Assembly (NCBI GenBank): GCA_039715015.1
Contig: JBDLIE010000003.1
Location: 32,001 to 96,000, forward strand
Length of the DNA stretch: 64,000 nt
Source of the DNA: Thermodesulfobacteriota bacterium
GTDB lineage: Bacteria > Desulfobacterota > Desulfobulbia > Desulfobulbales > SURF-16
Direction of reading: 5' to 3'
Both the position numbers and the translations under genes were made by a program. Shown here one piece after another: positions 52,131 through 60,664 of this stretch. The first letter of the stretch is position 1. Every line of letters starts with the position of its first letter. The notes under the pieces were generated by a model. The model saw only the letters and a list, made by a program, of their open reading frames with translations. It searched no databases and was not told the DNA's origin.

Positions 52131-52775
52131 CTAGTGCCCCTTTACAAAATCAGTCATATCCTGCCGAATTTTTTCATACTGCTTCAGGGTCAAACCAGCA
52201 CCGAGAGCCACAGCTTGTGCCATTTGAGCTGTAAGGAAGTCACCCGGACCATGGGCGTCTGCATTAACAGCAAGCTTAGCGCCAAATTTTAAGGCCAGGC
52301 TGGCTACATGGCCATTTGTCAGACTATGTCCCTTGCGACCGGAAAGCTCCAGGAAAATCCCTTTGTCTGCAGCGAGTTTGACATCATCTTCACTGATCAT
52401 GCCTGGATGAGCAAGAACATCAATATCGGCCTCAAGGGAAGCCCGGTTCGTTCCCGGCGCTACGGGTTCGACAACTGTTTCGCCATGGGCAACCACCACC
52501 AGAGCACCAATGCTACGTGCCTTGGCAGCCAATTCCGCTATAAGTCCTGGGGGAACATGGGTAAGCTCAATACCTGGCAGCAGCCGGGTGTTGGAGTAAG
52601 GATTGAGCTCATTTGCAACCTGGGCAATACGCGGAATAATGAAGTCCAAATTAGATGAATCCGCGTGATCTGTTATGGCAATGGCTTCATAACCAAGAAC
52701 CTCAACCCGGCGCAAGTGTTCAGCCGGGACAAGCTCGCCGTCACTGAAAAAACAATGGGTGTGCAGATCAATCAT
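52131..52775 (-). CDS. PHP-domain protein (histidinol-phosphatase-like family)
   Basis: DLHTH, SDG, AITDH, GIELTH, AHPG and DAH. Confidence 0.88.
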   Translation of the reverse strand: MIDLHTHCFFSDGELVPAEHLRRVEVLGYEAIAITDHADSSNLDFIIPRIAQVANELNPYSNTRLLPGIELTHVPPGLIAELAAKARSIGALVVVAHGETVVEPVAPGTNRASLEADIDVLAHPGMISEDDVKLAADKGIFLELSGRKGHSLTNGHVASLALKFGAKLAVNADAHGPGDFLTAQMAQAVALGAGLTLKQYEKIRQDMTDFVKGH

Positions 52776-52777
52776 GT

Positions 52778-54115
52778 TTAACTTTCTCCTTCAATGAGTT
52801 CAGCCCGCAGGGAATTGAGGCAGCCTTCCGTTACCATCACACTTACCAAGTCACCAGCTTTATACTTTTGTGGACTATAAAAATTAACAATCAGATTGTG
52901 GCTACTTCGGCCACTCCACTGGCCCTGGCCATTTTTACTTTCTCCTTCAATCATTAACTCAAGAGGCTTGCCGACAAACTCCTGATGGCGTTCAAGGGAA
53001 ATTTCCTTTTGCCGATTTTGAAAAATAGCCAGTCGTTCAGATTTTTCCTCTTCACTGACCGTATCCTCGAATTCACAGGATTTAGCAGGAGGGCGGCTTG
53101 AATATTTAAAAGAAAAGGCAGAATCATAGCGAACTTTTTCCATAAGATCCATAGTGGCTTGGAAGTCTGAGGCAGATTCACCAGAAAAACCAACGATAAT
53201 ATCGGTGGTTAAGCTGATGTCAGGGCAGGCCTGGCGGAGCCCGGCTACCTTTTCCATATACGTTTCCACCGTATATTTGCGATTCATTTTCTTGAGAACA
53301 GCATTGGACCCAGATTGGACCGGCAAGTGAAAGTGATGACCAAGGTTGTCGAGGTCCTTAAAGCAATCCATCAGAGCAGGGGAGAGGTCCTTGGGATTTG
53401 AGGTCGTAAAACGAAGGCGAACAAGGCCAGGCACAGCTGCAACCGCGCGAAGAAGCTCAGGGAAACTGGTTCGTTTTGCAGGGTGTTGATCATTGCCGTA
53501 GGAATTAACATTCTGGCCGAGCAAGGTGATCTCCCGAACACCGCCCGCAACGAGATGACGAACCTCTGCGAGGATATCTTCCTGTTTACGGCTTACCTCC
53601 CGGCCTCGGGTATAGGGGACGATACAGTAAGTGCAAAAATTATTACAGCCCTGCATAATGGTGACAAAACGCTTATGGGCCAAGCCGTGTTTGAGACTGG
53701 GTAAAAAAGGCGGGATAGTGAAATTGTCAGACTGGGAGGTGGAAATTATGTTTTTCCTGCCGTCATCAATCTCTTGAAAAAGCTCGGGCAACTGATAGAT
53801 GGAGTGAGGTCCTAAAATAATATCCACATGGGGCATGCGGGATTTCATTTTTTGGCCCTCTTGCTGGGCAACACAACCGGCAACAGCGATAATAAGATTA
53901 GGATTATTTTTTTTAAGACGGCGCAAAGAGCCTATGAAACTGTAAGCCTTCTGCTCAGCCTTTCCCCGAATGGAACAGGTGTTGACAATGACGGCATCAG
54001 CTGTCTCCAACTCGCTGCACAGAAGGTAACCATGCTGTTCAAGTAGCTGGAGCATGATCTCTGAATCACGCTCGTTCATCTGACAACCAATGGTTTCTAT
54101 ATAAATATTCTTCAT
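52778..54115 (-). CDS. miaB: tRNA-2-methylthio-N6-dimethylallyladenosine synthase
   Basis: GCQMNERDS, NTCSIR, GCVAQ, radical SAM CNNFCTYC, LLGQNVNSY and a TRAM domain. Confidence 0.96.
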   Translation of the reverse strand: MKNIYIETIGCQMNERDSEIMLQLLEQHGYLLCSELETADAVIVNTCSIRGKAEQKAYSFIGSLRRLKKNNPNLIIAVAGCVAQQEGQKMKSRMPHVDIILGPHSIYQLPELFQEIDDGRKNIISTSQSDNFTIPPFLPSLKHGLAHKRFVTIMQGCNNFCTYCIVPYTRGREVSRKQEDILAEVRHLVAGGVREITLLGQNVNSYGNDQHPAKRTSFPELLRAVAAVPGLVRLRFTTSNPKDLSPALMDCFKDLDNLGHHFHLPVQSGSNAVLKKMNRKYTVETYMEKVAGLRQACPDISLTTDIIVGFSGESASDFQATMDLMEKVRYDSAFSFKYSSRPPAKSCEFEDTVSEEEKSERLAIFQNRQKEISLERHQEFVGKPLELMIEGESKNGQGQWSGRSSHNLIVNFYSPQKYKAGDLVSVMVTEGCLNSLRAELIEGES

Positions 54116-54184
54116 CAGGACAAAGTTACCAATTAATACGATAAAACAACAGGTTGCAAACTAAACATAAAGTAAGACATGGAG

Positions 54185-54400
54185 TTAGAGCAAGGCTCCC
54201 TGACAGGCAAGAGCGGACAAGAGAGCGGTGATTTCACCGCCGCTCTCTGGAGAAAAACGAATAAGTACAATTCCATTCCGGGCATCAACGACCGAGAGTA
54301 TGGCAAGGCCATCATAGGCCTCCAGAATAAACTTAAGAAAATGTATCCTACTTCTGTTAATCCGCAGATACAACTGGGCAGTATGGGAGTCAACACTCAT
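54185..54400 (-). CDS. Small conserved protein, DUF4911-like
   Basis: IHFLKFILEAYDGLAILSVVD pattern; lies between purB and miaB. Confidence 0.7.
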   Translation of the reverse strand: MSVDSHTAQLYLRINRSRIHFLKFILEAYDGLAILSVVDARNGIVLIRFSPESGGEITALLSALACQGALL

Positions 54401-54406
54401 AAAAAA

Positions 54407-55852
54407 CTAAACAGAAAGCGATGCATCAAAAGAGCCTACAAGGTCTTTGTAATCGGCCAAGCGGGGATCAACAACTTCAGTAAGGTACTCTTCAGTTTGC
54501 TCAGGGGCACGACCAACAAACTCACTACCATCACCAACCATAGCATCAAGGTCATCTGCTGTGAATGGTATCCGGTCATCTGCACCAAGACGAGCAAGAA
54601 GGTCATTTTCTACACCATCATTTTTAACTGCAAGTCCGGCCTCTACAGAGTGAACCTTAACGACCTCGTGCATTTCCTGACGACTTTCACCTTTTTCCAC
54701 ACACTCCATAAGAATCTTTTCAGTGGCCATAAAGGGAAGCTCCTGGCGCAAATGGCGTTGAATCTGTTGAGGGTAAACAACCATATCAGATGTAATGTTT
54801 AGAAAAAGTTTCATGATTGCATCTGTCAGCAAAAAGGCCTGGGGAATGTCCATGCGGCGGATTGCTGAATCATCCAGGGTACGTTCAAACCATTGATTGC
54901 TATAAGTTGCAGCAAAATCAGCAGGAAGCCCCATAAGCTTCCGGGCCAGTCCTGTCATGCGTTCAGAGCGCATAGGGTTACGCTTATAGGCCATGGCTGA
55001 ACTGCCAACTTGATTTTTCGCAAAAGGTTCTTCTTGAACCTTAAGATTAGAAAGCAGACGCATATCAACAGCAAACTTATGGGCAGAGGCTCCGATGCCT
55101 GCCAAAGTTTCTGAAGTTTTCATATCAAGCTTTCGGGTATAAGTTTGACCACTAACGGCAAAAAGATCGGAAAAACCAAGCTTTAAGGCAACAAGCTCAT
55201 CAAGCTTGCGAACTTTTTCATGGTCACCCTTATAGAGCTCTATAAAAGTTGCCTGGGTACCAACTGTTCCTTTAGCGCCACGAGCCTTGACTTGAACCTC
55301 AAGATGCTCAATATAGTCGAGATCCATCATAAGATCCTGAATATAAAGAGTATTTCTCTTGCCAACAGTGGTGGGCTGGGCAGGTTGATAATGGGTGTAA
55401 CCTAAGGTTGCAAGATCTTTGTGCTTGCGACAAAAACGGGAGAGATTGGCAATAACATTAAGAAGCGCCGCCTTAACGAGCTTAAGGGCGTCGCGCTGCA
55501 GGATAAGATCGGTATTACAGCCGACAAACTGACTGGTAGCGCCTAAATGAATGATGGGCTCAGCAGTAGGGCATTGTTGACCATAGGCATAAACATGTGC
55601 CATAACATCGTGACGAATCTCTTTTTCCTTGGCCTGAGCAATATCAAAGTTAATGTTATCCTTGAAGTTTTTAAGCTCCTCAATCATTTTTTCAGTGACA
55701 ATATCAGTGAGACCCATTTCACGCTCAGCCTCAGCCAAGGCAATCCAACAACGCCTCCAATTCTGAAATTTGTTTTCTTCAGAGAAAATCCACTGCATCT
55801 CAGGACTAGTATAACGACTAACCAGGGGCTCCTGGTAAACTTCACGATTCAT
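54407..55852 (-). CDS. purB: Adenylosuccinate lyase
   Basis: RHDVMAH, IHLGATS, YTHYQPAQ and the SSAMAYKRNP signature. Confidence 0.95.
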   Translation of the reverse strand: MNREVYQEPLVSRYTSPEMQWIFSEENKFQNWRRCWIALAEAEREMGLTDIVTEKMIEELKNFKDNINFDIAQAKEKEIRHDVMAHVYAYGQQCPTAEPIIHLGATSQFVGCNTDLILQRDALKLVKAALLNVIANLSRFCRKHKDLATLGYTHYQPAQPTTVGKRNTLYIQDLMMDLDYIEHLEVQVKARGAKGTVGTQATFIELYKGDHEKVRKLDELVALKLGFSDLFAVSGQTYTRKLDMKTSETLAGIGASAHKFAVDMRLLSNLKVQEEPFAKNQVGSSAMAYKRNPMRSERMTGLARKLMGLPADFAATYSNQWFERTLDDSAIRRMDIPQAFLLTDAIMKLFLNITSDMVVYPQQIQRHLRQELPFMATEKILMECVEKGESRQEMHEVVKVHSVEAGLAVKNDGVENDLLARLGADDRIPFTADDLDAMVGDGSEFVGRAPEQTEEYLTEVVDPRLADYKDLVGSFDASLSV

Positions 55853-56518
55853 TTACAAATCTCCGGATTTACGTATTTATTCATACTTGTGACGTGAAAC
55901 ATTGTAATGTTTTCTGATAGCAATAAGCTGGTATATTTAACCCATTTCCCCATGTTTTTCATGGCATTATAGGCCAAATTAACAAAAATAGTCCATCTAG
56001 AGCTGGGAGCGAGGGCTGTCGCCTTCTTCAATACAGCTATTTTGACAATGTCGCATAATATATATTATGTATAATTAACTTAAAGCAAGTAATGTCAACA
56101 AGTTGCCGTGCTACAATATTAGGTGGAATAAATTGAGATACTGTGTGGAATAATCGTTCAGCCTGGCCTGCCCTAAAGCCAAGATTAAGTGAGTGAACTG
56201 CAGGGACCAAGAAAACCTTGACCATTCTCTCCGCTATCCTGCGCAAATAGAGTTTTATCTAAAGGATTGCCACTCGCTTATCTGGTGAACCGTGGAAAGC
56301 GGTATTGTTGTTAGCCGCTTAAAGCTGTTTGTGTTTTCCGGGCTAATCCCTTCTGGGACCAGGCCGACGAACAAGAGACCTGACTGTTTCCTGGGCAGAA
56401 ACTGCTCACTCAAGTGGTCATTTTCTGGCGAGTCGACTCGTCACAGCGCTTTTTTGTTGTTGGCCCAGACGATCTAGGATGTTGAAGCCGCACGGGGCAA
56501 CAGTCTTTTTATGGTTTT

Positions 56519-56534
56519 CGGTATAAATTTTGCT
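56519..56534 (+). promoter_or_regulatory. Candidate sigma-54 (-24/-12) promoter for the multiheme cytochrome
   Basis: CGGTATAAATTTTGCT gives GG-N10-GC with TTGC, about 65 bp upstream of ATG 56598. Confidence 0.5.
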
Positions 56535-56597
56535 AATAAATTTTTACTATGTGGCAAGATGTCACATTATTTCCTTTGTTTAATTGAAGGATTACTT

Positions 56598-57737
56598 ATG
56601 CATTTTGCTTCATTTTCACCTCATGCTTCAACTGACATTGACTACAAGTCTACGACTTCTTGCTTATTTTCATTCTCTCAATCGCTGTTTTATGCCTTAG
56701 TAGCAACTTCTCTGCTTGCCCTACTTCCCTCTTTAGCCTTTGCCCGCATGACAGGTCCTTGCGACAATTGCCACACTATGCACAACAGTCAAGATGGTCT
56801 TGCAATGGCCACGGTTGGTGGCGAAGACGGCTCTGTGAGCAATCTATTTCTCACTAAGGGCAGCTGTATAGGCTGTCATGCCATGGGCACGGCCAATAAA
56901 ATTGAGCTTCTCGGCACTACTCCTGTACCTCAGGTGCTTCATGTCGATGGTTCAGGTGATCTGGCTGGCGGAAATTTTGCCTATCTTCTCGGCAATAAAG
57001 GCAGTGGCGCCTCTGATGCCAAGGGGCATAATATTGTCGATTTCAACAATGAAGACGCAGACTTATATGGTGCACCAGGTGGCATTGTTCAATCTTTCCA
57101 CGACGATGGTTATAACGTAAATGATGGGAATTTGACCTGTTCAGGTACAAATGGTTGCCATGGTTATAGGTATGCCAGCACCCCTTTAACCTCTGGAGTG
57201 GCTACCCTTTCCGGCGCCCATCACAATAATGTTGAGGGTAAATGTGACCAGGCCACCAACCCAGCCAACAGCTACCGTTTTCTGACCGGCGTCAAAGGCT
57301 TTGAGAACCAAACGGATAAATGGCAGAATGTCAGCTCCTCAAGCCACAATGAATATTTTGGTCAGGCTACCCCTATTCAGCTTGGTTGCAGTGGTGGCGC
57401 CACTAGCTGCCACAACATAGGAGTCAGTCCTCCAGACAATACCATGAGCCAGTTTTGCGCCACCTGTCATGGTAACTTTCACACCCTGACGACTTCTACA
57501 TCCGATGGCATAGGCAGCACCTTCACCTCTCCGTTTATCCGCCATCCTACTGATGTAGCCCTGCCTGCATCAGTAACGCCTGGTTCTGATGTGGTCATGT
57601 GCCTCTCCTGCCATGCTGCCCACGCCACAGATTTTCCTGACATGCTCAGGTGGGACTATGATGCCATGAAGGCAAACGACGCTTCCTCACCGAGCAACTC
57701 CGGCTGTTTCGTCTGCCATACAACGAAAGATGATTGA
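56598..57737 (+). CDS. Secreted multiheme c-type cytochrome, OmcS/OmcT-like
   Basis: gaagga RBS; signal peptide ending AFA; five CxxCH plus CX5CH and CX6CH; motif order CHTMHNS, GGNF, KGHNIV, APGG, YRFL, MSQFCATCH, RHP, CLSCHAAHA, terminal CxxCH..KD parallels OmcS. Confidence 0.85.
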   Translation: MHFASFSPHASTDIDYKSTTSCLFSFSQSLFYALVATSLLALLPSLAFARMTGPCDNCHTMHNSQDGLAMATVGGEDGSVSNLFLTKGSCIGCHAMGTANKIELLGTTPVPQVLHVDGSGDLAGGNFAYLLGNKGSGASDAKGHNIVDFNNEDADLYGAPGGIVQSFHDDGYNVNDGNLTCSGTNGCHGYRYASTPLTSGVATLSGAHHNNVEGKCDQATNPANSYRFLTGVKGFENQTDKWQNVSSSSHNEYFGQATPIQLGCSGGATSCHNIGVSPPDNTMSQFCATCHGNFHTLTTSTSDGIGSTFTSPFIRHPTDVALPASVTPGSDVVMCLSCHAAHATDFPDMLRWDYDAMKANDASSPSNSGCFVCHTTKDD

Positions 57738-57741
57738 TTTT

Positions 57742-59511
57742 TTATCCGGATACATCCGAGATGCAGAGTTGAAGTTGCCTTTTGCCCCTAAATTCATTGC
57801 CGGCAAGCTGATACACACAATGCATATGGCAACCTGGTACAATTGATTCTGCTGTTTGCTTGCTCTTAGTGCGTGCCCTGAACCATATCGCCCTGAACTT
57901 ACTTGTGCCCATACATAAAATCAGTTGGAGATGGTCCTTGTCCTTACCGACAAATTTGGCAGAATCAACGCTAAATTCATTTGAGAAAACAGGGTGTTCA
58001 AAATGCTGTCCAAAAGGTGCAAGCTTATTAATTTCATCAACGGTAGCAAGATTTATATTTTCCAAGGCCAAGGCCCCATCTGTGTCTAGAAAAGCAAGGC
58101 CTTCATTGTCTATCTCCTCACGATCAATGGCCTTGAGAAAATTTTCTCTAAACAAATCAAGCCCTTGCTTGAAAATTTTAATTCCGGCAGCTCCCTTATG
58201 TCCACCAAAGGAAATGATGTTCTCCTGATTTGCCCTCTGCTCCATGTCTGCTGTTTGCGCTAGAATATTGAGGATATGCACTCCCCCGCCTGTTCGGCAT
58301 GACCCGGCTAGCACTTCACCATGAGGAGTATTTCCAAAAACAACTGCCGGAACACCATGTTTTTCAGCTAGCCTTGAGGCCAGAATCCCTAAAATTCCAG
58401 GATGAAAATCAGTATGATACGCTACGATTCCCTTACTGGTGTCTGTTTCCTCTAGCAGTCCATTGGCAATATCCCTAGACTTTGCCTCACTTTTCTTGCG
58501 CAAATCATTGACTTTGGTTAGTTTTTCGAAATATTGTTTTGCTAAATCACCACCTTCAGCTAGTAAAAAATCCAAGGCCAATTGCGGATCTGCCATTCTT
58601 CCAGCACCATTTATCCGGGGACTTACCTGGTACGCCAAGTCTTCTTCAGTCAATTTGCCTACGGGGGCACCACCAAACTGCATGGATCGCCAACAGTGTC
58701 TGGCAAATGTGTTGATCTCCTTGAGGCCATACCTGACCACCGCCCTATTGGTCGCACTGAGAAGAGAAACACTGTCAGCAATGGTAGACAAGGCAACATA
58801 ATCAAGCAGTGAGATAAGGGTTGGGGTCTGAGTCGGCAGGCTGCCATCTTCAACCAGACTGGTACGCACAGCGCTCATAACCAGCCAACATACCATGCAA
58901 CCTGATATTGCCTTGTCGGGATATAGACACTTTTCCTGTTGAGGGTCAACTAACGTATAGGCTGAACAAGGGAACTCATCTTCTGGAACAAGATGGTGGT
59001 CGGTGATAATTACATCAATACCGGCTTCCTTGAGCACGGCTATTCTTTTTTCATCAGAAACGCCGCAATCTGCTGTAATAACAAGGTCTATAGCGGGAGT
59101 GTTGGCTAAAATTCGCGAACAGAGTTGGTCTGTTAAACCGTAGCCATCCTGCAGCCTATCGCCAACAAAGCTGTTAATCTGGCCATTATTGCGCCCCAAA
59201 AAGCCGTTGAGGGCTTTTTTAGCTACAGCATGCGCCGTGAGACCATCAACGTCATAATCCGTCACCAGGCCAATATTCTCGCCTTTTTTGATGGCTCTAA
59301 CAATTCGTCCCACAGCCTTGTTACAGTTTTTGAGGAGGTGTGGCGCAGGAATTTCTCGTAGCTTAGGGTCAAAAAAGGGGGTGAGATCTGCCAGGGATGA
59401 AACATCTCTACGACAGAGAATGTCGGCCTGGAGATGACTTAAGCCCCCAGAGCGAGCAGCCTCATAAACAGATTTTGACCGTTGGCGTTCCCTAACAATT
59501 AACTTTTTCAA
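57742..59511 (-). CDS. recJ: Single-stranded DNA-specific exonuclease
   Basis: DYDVDG, DGYG, ITADCG, ITDHH, PRINGAGR and GGHKGAAG. Confidence 0.92.
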   Translation of the reverse strand: MKKLIVRERQRSKSVYEAARSGGLSHLQADILCRRDVSSLADLTPFFDPKLREIPAPHLLKNCNKAVGRIVRAIKKGENIGLVTDYDVDGLTAHAVAKKALNGFLGRNNGQINSFVGDRLQDGYGLTDQLCSRILANTPAIDLVITADCGVSDEKRIAVLKEAGIDVIITDHHLVPEDEFPCSAYTLVDPQQEKCLYPDKAISGCMVCWLVMSAVRTSLVEDGSLPTQTPTLISLLDYVALSTIADSVSLLSATNRAVVRYGLKEINTFARHCWRSMQFGGAPVGKLTEEDLAYQVSPRINGAGRMADPQLALDFLLAEGGDLAKQYFEKLTKVNDLRKKSEAKSRDIANGLLEETDTSKGIVAYHTDFHPGILGILASRLAEKHGVPAVVFGNTPHGEVLAGSCRTGGGVHILNILAQTADMEQRANQENIISFGGHKGAAGIKIFKQGLDLFRENFLKAIDREEIDNEGLAFLDTDGALALENINLATVDEINKLAPFGQHFEHPVFSNEFSVDSAKFVGKDKDHLQLILCMGTSKFRAIWFRARTKSKQTAESIVPGCHMHCVYQLAGNEFRGKRQLQLCISDVSG

Positions 59512-60446
59512 AACCCTTCTCGACTGAGGAGATTTTCAATTTTTTGTTGGTCGTCCGGATGAAACCAGTGAATTGCCTTGTCCTTGCCAAACCAGGTAAA
59601 TTGCCTCTTGGCATAATGCCTGGTATCGCGGGCCAATAGCCTCAAAGCATCCTCCCAACACCAAGAACCGTTGATATAATTCACCATATGACGGTAGCCA
59701 ATAGATTGCATGGGGGGTAAATCAGGGCCAAATCCTCTCTTCAAGAGCCCTTCGACCTCAGCCAACAAACCCAGCTCCACCATGATCTCTACCCGGGCAT
59801 TAATCCGCTGATACAGCTCTTCGCGGTCCCTTTGCAAGCCCACCTTCAACACAGTGAACTCCCCATGCTCGGAGTTTTGATCAGCAAGATGTTCAGTCCA
59901 GGATTTGCCAGTGGCTCGAAAAATTTCTATGCCCCGGGCCAGACGCTGGCTGTCGTTTTCGTGGATTCGCGCAGCTGTTTGGGGGTCGCAATGGAGTAAC
60001 TCTTTATAAAGTTTGGCATTTCCGCACTCTTGGAGCTCGTTCCTAACCTGACTCCTAATCTCAGCCGGTATTTCCGGCATCTCAAAAACTCCTTCAAGGA
60101 GGCTTTGCATATAGAGGCCTGTTCCCCCAACCAGCATAGGAAGATGATCGCGACTGGCTATGTCTTTAATGGCCTGACGGGCATCCGCAACGAAACGGCT
60201 GACATGATAGGCCTCATCAGGCTCGACATAGTCAACGAGGTGATGCTGAACACGGGCACGCTCGGCAACAGTGGCTTTGGCGGTGCCAATATTCATATAC
60301 CTATAGATCTGCATGGAATCCATGGAGATAATTTCAGCCTTAAATCTGTCAGCAACCCCAAGAGATAGCTCTGTTTTCCCCACCCCGGTGGGGCCAGCCA
60401 GAACAACGATTTTTTGCTTATCAAAGGACGGAGAAGGAGGGCTCAT
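59508..60446 (-). CDS. miaA: tRNA dimethylallyltransferase
   Basis: GPTGVGKT, DSMQIY, IGTAK, VGGTGLY and YAKRQFTW. Confidence 0.96.
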   Translation of the reverse strand: MSPPSPSFDKQKIVVLAGPTGVGKTELSLGVADRFKAEIISMDSMQIYRYMNIGTAKATVAERARVQHHLVDYVEPDEAYHVSRFVADARQAIKDIASRDHLPMLVGGTGLYMQSLLEGVFEMPEIPAEIRSQVRNELQECGNAKLYKELLHCDPQTAARIHENDSQRLARGIEIFRATGKSWTEHLADQNSEHGEFTVLKVGLQRDREELYQRINARVEIMVELGLLAEVEGLLKRGFGPDLPPMQSIGYRHMVNYINGSWCWEDALRLLARDTRHYAKRQFTWFGKDKAIHWFHPDDQQKIENLLSREGF

Positions 60447-60664
60447 AAATGAAGGAGAAGGTGATCCTGTTCAGACTTTTAGACTCGGCTTACGCTCTAC
60501 AATTTGGGTGACAGCTTCCCATATTTACACTATATTTGCCTTTTTTTGAATCCAACTATTGTAAAAGCATCTTTCTTAAAGATTAAAATTGACCTGCTCC
60601 ACGCAGATTAATTTTAATCCCGCCCGGATACTTACTAACTTCAGCCTTGAAAGAGGAATTCCTT

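Noticed and set aside
54179..54802. 207 aa plus-strand ORF
   Set aside because: Antisense shadow of purB and the DUF4911-like gene; no recognisable features.
56270..56400. Possible cyclic-dinucleotide (GEMM-I) riboswitch upstream of the OmcS-like gene, as known for Geobacter omcS
   Set aside because: A GGAAAGC and small hairpins are present, but I could not match the two-stem GEMM-I consensus by eye. An Infernal scan would settle it.
56511..56597. Longer N terminus for the cytochrome, as given in the ORF track
   Set aside because: It overlaps the candidate sigma-54 promoter and lacks an RBS; ATG 56598 has GAAGGA.
60425..60475. Short imperfect direct repeat (ggagaagg) around the miaA start
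   Set aside because: Only two degenerate copies, with an in-frame stop just upstream; most likely a trivial local duplication.
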